A stretch of 64,000 bases of DNA from Bacteroidaceae bacterium (GCA_963616135.1 CAVEJT010000001.1:4949-68948); one strand, 5' to 3'. Numbered from the stretch's first letter, positions 37,854 to 47,577 are shown. Notes: generated from the sequence alone by a model not told the origin. Numbers and translations: made by a program.

Positions 37854-38639
37854 ATGGGAAAGATAATAGCATTTGTTAATCAAAAAGGTGGTGTAGGGAA
37901 AACTACATCTAGTATAAATTTAGCAGCATCCCTAGGACTTTTAGGAAAAAAGACTCTACTTGTTGATTTGGATCCACAAGGTAATAGTACAACAGGTGTT
38001 GGAGTGAATAAAGGTGATTTAGAAAATAGTATTTATGAAGTTTTGGTAGATAGAGCAGAAATTAAAAAGGTAGTAGCAAAAACAAAATTTAAAAATTTAT
38101 ATTTAATACCAGCATCAATAAATTTAGCTGGTGTAGATATGGAATTGGTTGAGATGTCAAGAGTAAATCCTGAATTTGTACCTCAATTACAATTAAAAAA
38201 ATACTTAGGTCAAATAAGTGAAGTTTTTGATTATATAATTTTGGATTGTCCACCTTCATTAGGACTTATTACTACAAATGCATTAGCAGCCGCAAATTCT
38301 GTAATAATACCAGTTCAATGTGAATTTTTCGCACTAGAAGGTATTATGCAACTTTTAAATTCTATAATGATAGCTCAAAAGAAATTAAATCCTAGTTTAG
38401 ATATAGAAGGAGTTTTATTAACTATGTTAGATAATAGAACTAATTTAGGATTAGAGGTAGTAGAGGAAATTAAAAGTTATTTTAAAGAAAAAGTTTATGA
38501 TACTATAATACCACGACTTGTAAGACTATCAGAAGCTCCAAGTCATGGAAAACCAATTCATGCATATGATCCTAGAAGTAGAGGAACAGAAGCTTATATA
38601 AATTTAGCTAAAGAGGTGATTGATAGAAATGGAAACTAA
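37854..38639 (+). CDS. parA: Chromosome partitioning ATPase ParA/Soj
   Basis: Deviant Walker A NQKGGVGKTTSS, DLDPQGN, ILDCPPSLG. ATG 37854 follows AAGGTGA. Confidence 0.92.
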   Translation: MGKIIAFVNQKGGVGKTTSSINLAASLGLLGKKTLLVDLDPQGNSTTGVGVNKGDLENSIYEVLVDRAEIKKVVAKTKFKNLYLIPASINLAGVDMELVEMSRVNPEFVPQLQLKKYLGQISEVFDYIILDCPPSLGLITTNALAAANSVIIPVQCEFFALEGIMQLLNSIMIAQKKLNPSLDIEGVLLTMLDNRTNLGLEVVEEIKSYFKEKVYDTIIPRLVRLSEAPSHGKPIHAYDPRSRGTEAYINLAKEVIDRNGN

Positions 38640-39504
38640 AAAAAGAGCTTTAGGAAAAGGCTTAGAACAATTATTTAATACGGAAAATTTAGATTTAGAT
38701 AGTTTTGAAAAAGCAGTTTATGAAACTGCTACTAATGAAGAAGTAATAGAAGTTGATATTGATGAACTAAGAGCTAATCCTTATCAACCAAGAAAAGTAT
38801 TTAATGATGAAGCATTGATAGAATTATCAAATTCAATAAAAGAGCATGGCGTTTTTCAACCGATAATCGTAAAAAAAAGCATAAAAGGTTATGAAATAAT
38901 AGCAGGTGAGAGAAGAGTTAGAGCATCAAAACTTGCAGGTTTAAAGAAAATTCCAGCTATTATTCGTAATTTAAATGATGAGCAAATGATGGAAATAGCG
39001 CTTTTAGAAAATTTACAAAGAGAAAACTTAAGTGCGATAGAAGAAGCCATCGCATATAAATCAATGATAGAAAAATTATCTTTAACACAGGAAGATTTAG
39101 CTAAAAAAGTAGGAAAAAGTAGAAGTCATATAACAAATATATTAGGACTTCTTCGTCTTCCAAAAGAGGTTCAACAAATGGTTGCGAACAATCAATTAAG
39201 TATGGGACATGCTAGAGTTTTAAGTAAATTAGAAGATAATCAAAAAATAATAGAAATGGCTCATGAAATTGTTGATAAGAAAATACCAGTAAGAGAGCTT
39301 GAAAAAGATACTGAATCAACTGAAAAAAAAGTAAAGATAGAAAGACATTCAAAACCTATTAATAATGATTACAAATATGTAGAAGATTTATTAAGGGAAA
39401 AATTAGATACAAAGGTAAAAATCAAAGATAAAAAAATAGAAATTAACTTCACTAATGTTGCTGATTTAAATAGAATACTTGAAGTATTAAATGTAAGGGA
39501 ATAA
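38629..39504 (+). CDS. parB: Chromosome partitioning protein ParB/Spo0J
   Basis: ALGKGLEQLF, NPYQPRKVF, IIAGERRVRASKLAG, Spo0J-type LSMGHARVL. Confidence 0.92.
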   Translation: METKKRALGKGLEQLFNTENLDLDSFEKAVYETATNEEVIEVDIDELRANPYQPRKVFNDEALIELSNSIKEHGVFQPIIVKKSIKGYEIIAGERRVRASKLAGLKKIPAIIRNLNDEQMMEIALLENLQRENLSAIEEAIAYKSMIEKLSLTQEDLAKKVGKSRSHITNILGLLRLPKEVQQMVANNQLSMGHARVLSKLEDNQKIIEMAHEIVDKKIPVRELEKDTESTEKKVKIERHSKPINNDYKYVEDLLREKLDTKVKIKDKKIEINFTNVADLNRILEVLNVRE

Positions 39505-39505
39505 T

Positions 39506-40288
39506 ATGGAAAAACTTTTAGAGAAAGAAATTTTAGCTCCTGCTATTATAATATTAGTATGTTTTCTATTATGCATATTATCTAAGAAAATAGTATATAA
39601 GATATTTAAAATTAAAATATCACATGTAAACGATAGAAAAAAGAATACTATAGTAAATTTAATTAATAATATGATTAGATTTATAATTATACTAATTGGA
39701 ATACTTATGATACTTGAGATTTATTCAATTGATACTAAATCTTTAGTAGCTTCATTTGGGGTAATAGGTATAGTAGCCGGTTTAGCATTACAGGATTTAT
39801 TAAAAGATTTTATAGTTGGAATTACTATAATATTTGAAGGTCAATATTCTATTGGTGATTGTGTAAGCATTAATGGCTTTAAAGGAGAAGTTATGCCTTC
39901 TAATTTAAGAACTACAAAAATAAAGGCTTACACAGGTGAGATTAAATTTATATCAAATAGAAATATATCAGAAATAATAAATTATAGTATAGATAAAGCA
40001 AATTTAATAATAGATGTTGATGTAGATTATGGGTCTGACATCAAGAAAGTTAAAGATGTTTTAGATAATTTGTGTAGAAGTATAAAAGAAAAATATAAAT
40101 TAAAAGAAGTATCTTGTCTTGGTATACAGGAACTTGCATCAAGTTCAATAAAATTTAGATTAGTGGCTCAAACAAGTTATTCTAATAGTTTTAGTCTAGA
40201 AAGAGAAATAAAGGAAGAGATAGTTGTTGAATTTAATAAGAATAAAATAACAATTCCATTTGATCAGGTGGTGGTACATAATGGATAA
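39506..40288 (+). CDS. Small-conductance mechanosensitive channel (MscS family)
   Basis: GVIGIVAGLALQDLLKDFIVGITIIFEGQYSIGDCVSING. Confidence 0.8.
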   Translation: MEKLLEKEILAPAIIILVCFLLCILSKKIVYKIFKIKISHVNDRKKNTIVNLINNMIRFIIILIGILMILEIYSIDTKSLVASFGVIGIVAGLALQDLLKDFIVGITIIFEGQYSIGDCVSINGFKGEVMPSNLRTTKIKAYTGEIKFISNRNISEIINYSIDKANLIIDVDVDYGSDIKKVKDVLDNLCRSIKEKYKLKEVSCLGIQELASSSIKFRLVAQTSYSNSFSLEREIKEEIVVEFNKNKITIPFDQVVVHNG

Positions 40289-40466
40289 AGAATACAAAAT
40301 AGGAAGTATTGTAAAAATGAAAAAAGACCATCCATGTGGAACTAATGAATGGGAAATAACAAGAATAGGTGCTGATATTAAAATAAAATGTATTAATTGT
40401 GGAAGATCAATTATGTTACCTAGAATAGATTTTAATAAAAAACTCAAAAAAATAATAAATTATTAG
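40281..40466 (+). CDS. DUF951 small protein
   Basis: MDKEYKIGSIVKMKKDHPCGTNEWEITRIGADIKIKCINCGRSIMLPR. Conserved neighbour of parB/ychF in Firmicutes. Confidence 0.7.
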   Translation: MDKEYKIGSIVKMKKDHPCGTNEWEITRIGADIKIKCINCGRSIMLPRIDFNKKLKKIINY

Positions 40467-40477
40467 GAGGATTTTAA

Positions 40478-41980
40478 GTGAAAAACAATAAAAAAAAGAA
40501 TAAAAAGAAAGTGATGGGGCCTGTAGTTGAGATTCTCTTTATAGGTATAATTGTAGCAGTTACAAGTTTTCTATTTAATTTAATAGGTGTAAGTGGTTAC
40601 AAAACAGAAGGTGGAACATTAGAAACAACTTTGCTTGTTGTTAATAATATTTTTAGTAAAAGTGGTTTAAAATATATTTTAAATAATTCACTATCTAATT
40701 TTCAAACTTTGGAGCCTCTAGTACTTGTTATATTATCCTTAATAGCAATCTCTATTTTGGAAGCAAGTGGACTTTTAAAACAAGTATTTAGCCCATTAAA
40801 AAAAATTAAACCAAAATATGTAACAATGTTAGTGATGTTTGTTGGTATTATATCAACATTCATAGGAGATTATAGTTATGCACTCCTATTGCCTTTATCA
40901 GGTATACTATATAAATACATAGGTAGGAATTCAAGTCTTGGAGTACTAACTATGTTTATCGCTATTACAATTGGCTATGGTACTGGTATAATATATAATT
41001 ATCAAGCATATGAGCTTGGAAATATAACAGAGATTGCAGCACAAGGAATTTCCGCTAATTATAACTATGAATTATTATCAAATATATTTGTATTAATAGT
41101 ATCTACAGTAATTTTAACTTTAGTAGGTACATATTTACTTGAAAGATTAGCAAAAAAATATCCTAGAAATGAAATTAGTGATAATTTAAACACATCAAAA
41201 AAAGCATCAAAAACAACATTAATTACTTTTATCATCATGGTTGCAGTTTTTATTTATTGCATAATTCCAGGATTACCAAAGTCAGGTATGTTACTTGATA
41301 ATACACAACCTACATATATAGGAAAATTATTTGGAGTATCATCACCATTAAATCAAGGTTTTATGTTCTTAATAATAGCAATACTTATGATTTGCGGGTT
41401 TGTATATGGTACAATATCTAGAAATATTAAAAATAGTGGAGATTATAGTAATGCATTAACTAAAACATTTGAAGGCACTGGATATGTCTTTGTATTAATA
41501 TTTTTTGCATCTATTTTATATGAAATTGTAGATTGGACAAATCTTTCAACTGTTATATCTACAAATATAATTGACTTTGTGGGATCAAGTAATTTATCAG
41601 GATTAATTTTAATTTTAGTAGCATTTTTATCTATTGTAATTATATCAATATTTATTCCAGCAACAATTACTAAGTGGCAGTTAGTAGCGCCTGTATATGT
41701 ACCATTATTAATGCGTGCTAATATAAGCCCTGCATTTACTCAAACTTTATTTATTGCTGCGGATTCTGTAGGTAAGTTATTTTCACCTATATATATATAT
41801 TTAATAATAACTATAGGCTTTATGTATAAATTTGAAAAAGATTCTGATATAAGTATATTTGAAACTATGAAAAAAGTTAAACATATAATAATTATTTTAG
41901 GACTTGTATGGTTAATAATAATACTAGGTTGGTATTTATTAGGTGTACCAATAGGTATAAATTCAAATATAACTTTATAA
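40478..41980 (+). CDS. AbgT-family transporter
   Basis: 500 aa polytopic. VVNNIFSKSGLKYILNNSLSNFQTLEPLVLVILSLIAISILEASGLLKQVF parallels the conserved AbgT/MtrF N-terminal region. Confidence 0.65.
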   Translation: MKNNKKKNKKKVMGPVVEILFIGIIVAVTSFLFNLIGVSGYKTEGGTLETTLLVVNNIFSKSGLKYILNNSLSNFQTLEPLVLVILSLIAISILEASGLLKQVFSPLKKIKPKYVTMLVMFVGIISTFIGDYSYALLLPLSGILYKYIGRNSSLGVLTMFIAITIGYGTGIIYNYQAYELGNITEIAAQGISANYNYELLSNIFVLIVSTVILTLVGTYLLERLAKKYPRNEISDNLNTSKKASKTTLITFIIMVAVFIYCIIPGLPKSGMLLDNTQPTYIGKLFGVSSPLNQGFMFLIIAILMICGFVYGTISRNIKNSGDYSNALTKTFEGTGYVFVLIFFASILYEIVDWTNLSTVISTNIIDFVGSSNLSGLILILVAFLSIVIISIFIPATITKWQLVAPVYVPLLMRANISPAFTQTLFIAADSVGKLFSPIYIYLIITIGFMYKFEKDSDISIFETMKKVKHIIIILGLVWLIIILGWYLLGVPIGINSNITL

Positions 41981-42120
41981 TTTACACATCTTTACATATA
42001 CATTAAAAATAAATTAAAACTACTCTTTTTAATATAATAAAACTTTGTTATAATAAAAATGTAAGATAGGTTATATATTTTACGAATGAGTAGTTACTGT
42101 AGAAGAATACAGAAAAGGGG

Positions 42121-42146
42121 AATACCACTAAGTGGTATTTTTTTTG
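42121..42146 (+). terminator. Strong intrinsic terminator in the abgT-downstream gap
   Basis: AATACCAC (42121-42128), loop TAA, GTGGTATT (42132-42139), then TTTTTTT. Confidence 0.65.
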
Positions 42147-42184
42147 TAAATTTATGGTATAATTTACTTATAGAGGTAGGTAAT

Positions 42185-42475
42185 ATGACGGTGTTTGATA
42201 TAACAAAAAAAGAATATAAAAATTATTCTAAAAAATTTAAAAAAACTTATATAGGAAAGCAATACTTTTATTCAAGCGTTGTATTATTTATATTTTTAAT
42301 TGTAACCTCAGGTTATTGTGCATATAATATATCTATATATAATGAAGTATATAAAATAAATAATATGTATTCATTTTTATTTTCGTTAATATTATTATTA
42401 ATAATTTGGATAGGATATTGTATTTCAGTTATAAGATATGAAAAATTACTACATCAATTTATAAATAATAAATAG
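42185..42475 (+). CDS. Small two-TM membrane protein, hypothetical
   Basis: ATG 42185 follows AGAGGTAGG and an extended -10 TGGTATAAT (42158-42166). The track start at 42086 would read through the terminator. Confidence 0.45.
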   Translation: MTVFDITKKEYKNYSKKFKKTYIGKQYFYSSVVLFIFLIVTSGYCAYNISIYNEVYKINNMYSFLFSLILLLIIWIGYCISVIRYEKLLHQFINNK

Positions 42476-42538
42476 ATATTTATTTTCATTGTGTTTTTAT
42501 TAGTTTTATAGTAAACTAGTATGTAAGAGGTGTTTGAA

Positions 42539-43639
42539 ATGAGTTTAACAGCAGGAATAGTAGGTTTACCAAATGTAGGTAAAAGTACATTATTTAATGC
42601 AATTACAAAAAAAAATATTTTAGCAGCTAATTATCCATTTGCTACTATAGATCCAAATGTAGGAGTGGTAATAGTACCTGATAAAAGATTGGAATTTTTA
42701 AATGATTTATATAATCCAAAAAGCTTAGTTCCAACTACATTTGAATTTACAGATATAGCAGGATTGGTAAAAGGAGCATCTTTAGGAGAAGGTTTAGGAA
42801 ATAAATTTTTATCTCACATAAGAGAAGTAGATGCTATATGTGAAGTTGTTAGATGTTTTGAAAATAGCGACATAATACACGTAGAAAATGAAATTAATCC
42901 AATAAGAGATATAGAAATAATTGAAGTTGAACTTATATTAGCTGATTTAGAAGTAGTAGAAAATAGATTTAATAAAATAGGTAAAAAAGCAGCTTTATCT
43001 AAAGATAAAGAAGTACAAAAAGAAGCAGCTATACTAACTAAATTAAAAGCAGCTTTAGAAAAAAATATTCCTATTAGAAGAATAGAATTAACAGAAGACG
43101 AAAAATTATATATTAAACCATTTAATTTACTTACAAGTAAGCCAATTATTTATGTAGCAAATGTTTCTGAAGATGATTTGCTTTTAGGTGATAATAAATA
43201 TATAGGTCAAGTAAGAGAGTATGCTAAAAAGGATAATGCATCAGTTGTAGTAATATGTGCTAAAACTGAGTCAGATTTAGTTGATATGAGTGATGAAGAA
43301 AAGAAAGAATTTTTAAACGAACTTGGTGTAGATTCAAGTGGACTTGATAAGTTAATTCAAGCTTCATATTCTTTGTTAGGATTAAAAACATTTTTTACAG
43401 CTGGTGAGGATGAGTGCCGTGCTTGGACATTTAAGGATGGTATGAAAGCTCCAGAATGTGCTGGAATAATACATACAGATTTTCAAAAAGGATTTATAAA
43501 AGCAGAAGTAATGAGTTATGAAGATTTAGAAAAATATGGAAATGAAAAATCAGTAAAAGAAGCGGGTAAAATGCGTTTAGAAGGAAAAGATTATATAATG
43601 CAAGATGGTGATATTTGTTACTTTAGATTTAATGTATAA
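42539..43639 (+). CDS. ychF: Ribosome-binding ATPase YchF
   Basis: GIVGLPNVGKSTLFNA, FTDIAGLVKGAS, C-terminal TGS region DFQKGFIKAEV. Confidence 0.95.
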   Translation: MSLTAGIVGLPNVGKSTLFNAITKKNILAANYPFATIDPNVGVVIVPDKRLEFLNDLYNPKSLVPTTFEFTDIAGLVKGASLGEGLGNKFLSHIREVDAICEVVRCFENSDIIHVENEINPIRDIEIIEVELILADLEVVENRFNKIGKKAALSKDKEVQKEAAILTKLKAALEKNIPIRRIELTEDEKLYIKPFNLLTSKPIIYVANVSEDDLLLGDNKYIGQVREYAKKDNASVVVICAKTESDLVDMSDEEKKEFLNELGVDSSGLDKLIQASYSLLGLKTFFTAGEDECRAWTFKDGMKAPECAGIIHTDFQKGFIKAEVMSYEDLEKYGNEKSVKEAGKMRLEGKDYIMQDGDICYFRFNV

Positions 43640-43647
43640 GAGGATAT

Positions 43648-44316
43648 ATGAAATTTTTTTGTGAATACTGTGGTGCTAGAATAGATGCTCAAAGAGATGA
43701 TAAATGTCCACATTGTGGGGCATCATTTAATAATAATAAAACTTATAAAAAGTTAGAGGAACAAAAAAATCGTGAAGAAGAGTCTAATGCCCAAATTAAA
43801 CAGGAGATTGTTAAACATACATTAAATGCATTTAAATTTTCGAGAGTTTTCTTTTTTGTACCTGTTATAATTTTTGTAGTTGTATTAACAATTATCATTG
43901 TTGCTTTTGTTAACATTAGTAAAGATTCTACAGATGATATATTTAATAAAGATAATGATCATGAGGTTACTGTAAATTTAAATGAATTTGGTAGTACATC
44001 AGAGTATAAAGCAAAAGTAACTAAGTATGAACAAACTGAAAGTTTTATGAAAACAACTGAAGAAGGCTATGAATATATAAAATTTTATTTAATTGTAGAG
44101 AATACTTCAGGTAAACAAATCAAAAGTGAAGATGTAAATTGTTTAGTTGATGGAATAGCGCAAGATAATGATTTTTCATCAGGTTATTCAACATTACCAT
44201 TTTTTATAAGTAAAGGTTTGACTGTACAAGGGACTGCTACCTTTAAAGTACCAACGAGTGCAACAAGCTATGATATAAAATATGGCGACAACATAGTTAT
44301 ACACATAGAAAAATAA
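43648..44316 (+). CDS. Zinc-ribbon / single-TM / DUF4352-like extracellular domain protein
   Basis: FCEYCGARIDAQRDDKCPHCG, one TM segment, then YIKFYLIVENTSGKQIKSEDVNCLVDG. Confidence 0.5.
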   Translation: MKFFCEYCGARIDAQRDDKCPHCGASFNNNKTYKKLEEQKNREEESNAQIKQEIVKHTLNAFKFSRVFFFVPVIIFVVVLTIIIVAFVNISKDSTDDIFNKDNDHEVTVNLNEFGSTSEYKAKVTKYEQTESFMKTTEEGYEYIKFYLIVENTSGKQIKSEDVNCLVDGIAQDNDFSSGYSTLPFFISKGLTVQGTATFKVPTSATSYDIKYGDNIVIHIEK

Positions 44317-44351
44317 TTTAAACTAAAACAATTTAACATATTTGTGTGTTT

Positions 44352-44381
44352 AAAAGTGATAGAATACAATCTATCACTTTT
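44352..44381. terminator. Bidirectional terminator between convergent genes
   Basis: AAAAGTGATAG (44352-44362) / CTATCACTTTT (44371-44381). Confidence 0.6.
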
Positions 44382-44396
44382 TATGCACATACTTTA

Positions 44397-44882
44397 TTAA
44401 TGTTTTATTAATAAAGTTAAAAATAAATCAATAACAAATAAAGTTATCAACACATAACTTAAAATTTTTGGAATTTTATACACAATTTTATCTATCAAAG
44501 GTTTAAGAAAATAAACAACAAGTATACCACTCATTCCCCAAATAAGTGCCATTTCTATAGAAGTATACTTTCCAACATTTAATTTATGATTTGAATAATC
44601 CCATAATTCAGTATGGAAAATCCATTTAATTAAATATCCCCCAATAATTTCTATTACAGCAAGCCCAATGGAGCATATAAAAAATAATAGAATAATTTTA
44701 ATAAATTTGTTAACTTTTAATTTTTCTATAAATTTATTTATAAGCAAAATAATAATTACACCGATACCATAAATAGGAGTCCAATAACTTATTAAAATAC
44801 CGCTTTCACCATTTGAGTAGAAGAATGTTTCAATGAAGTGCCCTAGTATAGAAAAAATAAAAAAGTAATTTACATAATACAT
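44397..44882 (-). CDS. Membrane protein, PF06541-like family (paralog of 17173-17853)
   Basis: MYYVNYFFIFSILGHFIETFF...YWTPIYGIG...ELWDYSN. The start was moved to 44882 because the longer track ORF overlaps the rpsF promoter and start. Confidence 0.6.
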   Translation of the reverse strand: MYYVNYFFIFSILGHFIETFFYSNGESGILISYWTPIYGIGVIIILLINKFIEKLKVNKFIKIILLFFICSIGLAVIEIIGGYLIKWIFHTELWDYSNHKLNVGKYTSIEMALIWGMSGILVVYFLKPLIDKIVYKIPKILSYVLITLFVIDLFLTLLIKH

Positions 44883-45053
44883 ATAATCACCAGTAATATT
44901 ATGTAAAGAATTAAATTTTTGATACAACAATATAAATTTAATAAATATAATTAAATAAGGTTTACAAATAAAAAAAAGTTTGTTATAATCTAAAACGAGT
45001 AAGAAATTTACTCCTTGTTCGAAAGAACCAAAGACCATAAGGAGGTGTAAGAA

Positions 45054-45356
45054 ATGAGAAATTATGAAATTATGTTCATAGTAAGACCAACACTTGGAGA
45101 AGATGAAATAAAAAAAGTTGCATCTAATTTCCAAAAAACTTTAGAAACTAATGGAGCTAAAGTTACAAATGTTGATGCTTGGGGACAAAAACAATTAGCA
45201 TATGAAATCAAAGTTGGAAATAATACTTACAAAAGTGGATATTACTTCGTAGTTAATATTGAAGCTGGAGATGATAAGGCTGTTAAAGAGTTTGATCGTT
45301 TAGCTTTAATTAACAATGACATTGTTAGGCATTTAATAATTAACAAGGAAGACTAA
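45054..45356 (+). CDS. rpsF: 30S ribosomal protein S6
   Basis: MRNYEIMFIVRP...WGQKQLAYEI. Confidence 0.95.
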   Translation: MRNYEIMFIVRPTLGEDEIKKVASNFQKTLETNGAKVTNVDAWGQKQLAYEIKVGNNTYKSGYYFVVNIEAGDDKAVKEFDRLALINNDIVRHLIINKED

Positions 45357-45367
45357 GAGGTGAATCT

Positions 45368-45823
45368 ATGAATAAAGTAATATTATTAGGAAGATTAACT
45401 GCTAAACCAGAACTACGTTATACACCACAAAATACAGCATTTACAAGATTTAGTGTTGCTGTAAATAGAAATTTTACAAATGCTGATGGTAAGAGAGATG
45501 CTGATTTTATAAATGTAGTAGCATGGCGTAAACAAGCAGAAACTATATCAAAATTTTTTGATAAAGGAAATTTAATTGCCCTAGAGGGTAGATTACAAAC
45601 TGGAAGTTATGATGACAAGGATGGAAACAAAAGATATACAGTTGATGTTGCTTTAGATAATTTTGAATTTGTTGAAAGTAAGAGTGCAAGAGCAGCTTCT
45701 ACAACAACTTCAAACGAACCAACACCATATGATTATCAAGAGTCAAATTCAGTAAATGTAGAGAATGATCCTTTTGCAGAGTTTGGTGATAGCGTTTCTA
45801 TAGATGATAATTTCCTAGAATAA
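45368..45823 (+). CDS. ssb: Single-stranded DNA-binding protein
   Basis: MNKVILLGRLTAKPELRYT, OB fold, acidic tail ending DDNFLE. Confidence 0.95.
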   Translation: MNKVILLGRLTAKPELRYTPQNTAFTRFSVAVNRNFTNADGKRDADFINVVAWRKQAETISKFFDKGNLIALEGRLQTGSYDDKDGNKRYTVDVALDNFEFVESKSARAASTTTSNEPTPYDYQESNSVNVENDPFAEFGDSVSIDDNFLE

Positions 45824-45838
45824 TAGGAGGAAATAAAT

Positions 45839-46057
45839 ATGGCAGAGTTTTATAGAAAAAAGAAAAAAATATGTCAAATGTGTGCTGGAAAAGATGTTGA
45901 CTACAAAAATGTAGAAGTTATAAAGAAATATGTAAGTGCTGATAAAGGTAAAATATTACCAAGAAGAATAACAGGTGCTTGCGCTAAGCATCAAAGACAT
46001 ATAGCTACACAAGTTAAATATGCTAGACATATGGCTTTAATACCATTTGTTAAATAG
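45839..46057 (+). CDS. rpsR: 30S ribosomal protein S18
   Basis: KKKICQMCA...[12 protein letters not shown]...[16 protein letters not shown]. Terminator GATAGAAT/ATTCTATC at 46058-46076. Confidence 0.95.
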   Translation: MAEFYRKKKKICQMCAGKDVDYKNVEVIKKYVSADKGKILPRRITGACAKHQRHIATQVKYARHMALIPFVK

Positions 46058-46134
46058 GATAGAATAAAATTCTATCTTTTAATTTGACAAAAAAATAAAA
46101 TGTGTTATTATATATTAACTGAAAAGAGGGATTT

Positions 46135-47178
46135 ATGGAAAATATAAATGAAATAATAAAATATGCACAAAAAAACAACAATAAAATCACTGATCTTGAT
46201 TTAATGAATTTTGATATAAAAGAGGATGAATTTGCTAAAGTTATAGATAAATTAATTTTGCTGGGTATTACTATAGAAAATGAAGAAGTGGTTGATGTGA
46301 ATAATGTTAATATGAATCAATATGAAATAGATTCAGTTACAGCACTCATAAATGAAATAAAAGCTATCCCAATGTTAACATCGGAACAAACTTTAGATTT
46401 ATTTAAAGAATTAGAGCAAGGAAATCTAGAAGCAAGAAAAAAAATAATTAAAGGAAATTTGCGATTAGTTCTTTCAATTGCTACTAAATTAAATTCCAAT
46501 GTCATAAATAAAAAGTTTGGATTAGGATTGCTTGATTTATTTCAAGAAGGTTGTATTGGTATGGATCAAGCAATAAAAAAATTTGATATAAATAAAGGTT
46601 ATCAATTTTCTACATATGCGACTTGGTGGATTAGACAAGCAATGTGTAGAGCAAATATGAATAAATCTAGAGTTATTAGAATACCTGTATATGAAATGGA
46701 AACTATGAATAAATTAAAAAAATATATATCAAGTTATAGGATGAAAACAGGTGTGATGCCAACGTATAGTCAAATGTCTATAGAATTAGGTGTACCTGAG
46801 AAAAAAATCATTCAAATGTTAGTTTCACATGAATATATATTAAGTTTAGAACAACCTGTAATGAATGGCGAAAAAGATACAACTGTTGGAGATCTTGTAG
46901 CAGACAAATTTGATAAATCCTATGAAATGGTTGAACAAAAAATAGATTATAAAAAACTATATGATATAATTAGAGAAAAATTAAATCAAAGAGAACAGTA
47001 TATAATAACACATAGATTTGGATTAGATGGTGATAGAATTTGGTCGCTAGAAGAATTGGGTTCAGAACTTAATGTTACACGTGAAAGAATTAGACAAATA
47101 GAATCAAAGGCATTAAAAAAAATTAAAATGCCTTGTATGGTTGAATTTAGTGATGATGAGAAAACTATAAAAAGATAA
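46135..47178 (+). CDS. Sigma-70 family RNA polymerase sigma factor (RpoD/SigA-like, with N-terminal region 1-like segment)
   Basis: Region 2 LLDLFQEGCIGMDQAIKKFD...FSTYATWWIRQAM. Region 4.2 LEELGSELNVTRERIRQIESKALKK. Confidence 0.82.
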   Translation: MENINEIIKYAQKNNNKITDLDLMNFDIKEDEFAKVIDKLILLGITIENEEVVDVNNVNMNQYEIDSVTALINEIKAIPMLTSEQTLDLFKELEQGNLEARKKIIKGNLRLVLSIATKLNSNVINKKFGLGLLDLFQEGCIGMDQAIKKFDINKGYQFSTYATWWIRQAMCRANMNKSRVIRIPVYEMETMNKLKKYISSYRMKTGVMPTYSQMSIELGVPEKKIIQMLVSHEYILSLEQPVMNGEKDTTVGDLVADKFDKSYEMVEQKIDYKKLYDIIREKLNQREQYIITHRFGLDGDRIWSLEELGSELNVTRERIRQIESKALKKIKMPCMVEFSDDEKTIKR

Positions 47179-47208
47179 TATTTAAATTTTAATTTGAAAA
47201 TTATCTTT

Positions 47209-47496
47209 TTATTTATAGTTTGAAAATATGTTATTAATCTCTTTTTTTATATTGTTTGCAGAATTCATTAAGTCATTGTCGTTTATGACATGTGAATTAT
47301 ATTCATTAGCAGTTTTATTTCTGTTATTTAATAATTGCTGTTGTGCACTATTTGTACAAAGCGCTTGACCAACTAACATAAACCAGTTACCAAGTGAGTT
47401 TTGTTCTGCAGGTGTTAGATCATCGCAAAGCAATATTCCAATAATAAATGCTGATGAAGAATATATAGGAGCAGACACACTTGGAACTAATTTCAT
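47209..47496 (-). CDS. Small hypothetical protein
   Basis: 95-aa ORF convergent with the sigma gene. Its hydrophobic N-terminus and LTPAEQNSLGNWFMLVGQAL segment resemble a small conserved clostridial family that I cannot name. Confidence 0.4.
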   Translation of the reverse strand: MKLVPSVSAPIYSSSAFIIGILLCDDLTPAEQNSLGNWFMLVGQALCTNSAQQQLLNNRNKTANEYNSHVINDNDLMNSANNIKKEINNIFSNYK

Positions 47497-47548
47497 GGTA
47501 TCACCAATAAATAATATTAAAAAAAATAAAAAAAAGCATAAAAAAGTG

Positions 47549-47577
47549 TTGATTTTTTTGAGTAAATCGCGTATAAT
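47549..47577 (+). promoter_or_regulatory. Sigma-A promoter of the S10 operon
   Basis: TTGATT (47549-47554), 17-nt spacer, TATAAT (47572-47577). A leader of about 125 nt follows. Confidence 0.65.

Noticed and set aside
42086-42184. Upstream extension of the small membrane protein ORF
   Set aside because: No SD is present. The frame reads through a strong intrinsic terminator (42121-42146) and a downstream promoter.
45000-45053. Possible S6:S18 autoregulatory leader before rpsF (hairpin GAGTAA-GAAAT-TTACTC)
   Set aside because: The stems are short and I cannot recall the conserved features of the rpsF leader motif well enough to assert a match. A covariance-model scan is needed.
44883-45134. 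N-terminal 84 codons of the track ORF 44397-45134 (minus)
   Set aside because: It would overlap the rpsF start and promoter. Family homology begins at MYYVNYFF (44882), and the upstream part has no membrane-protein features.
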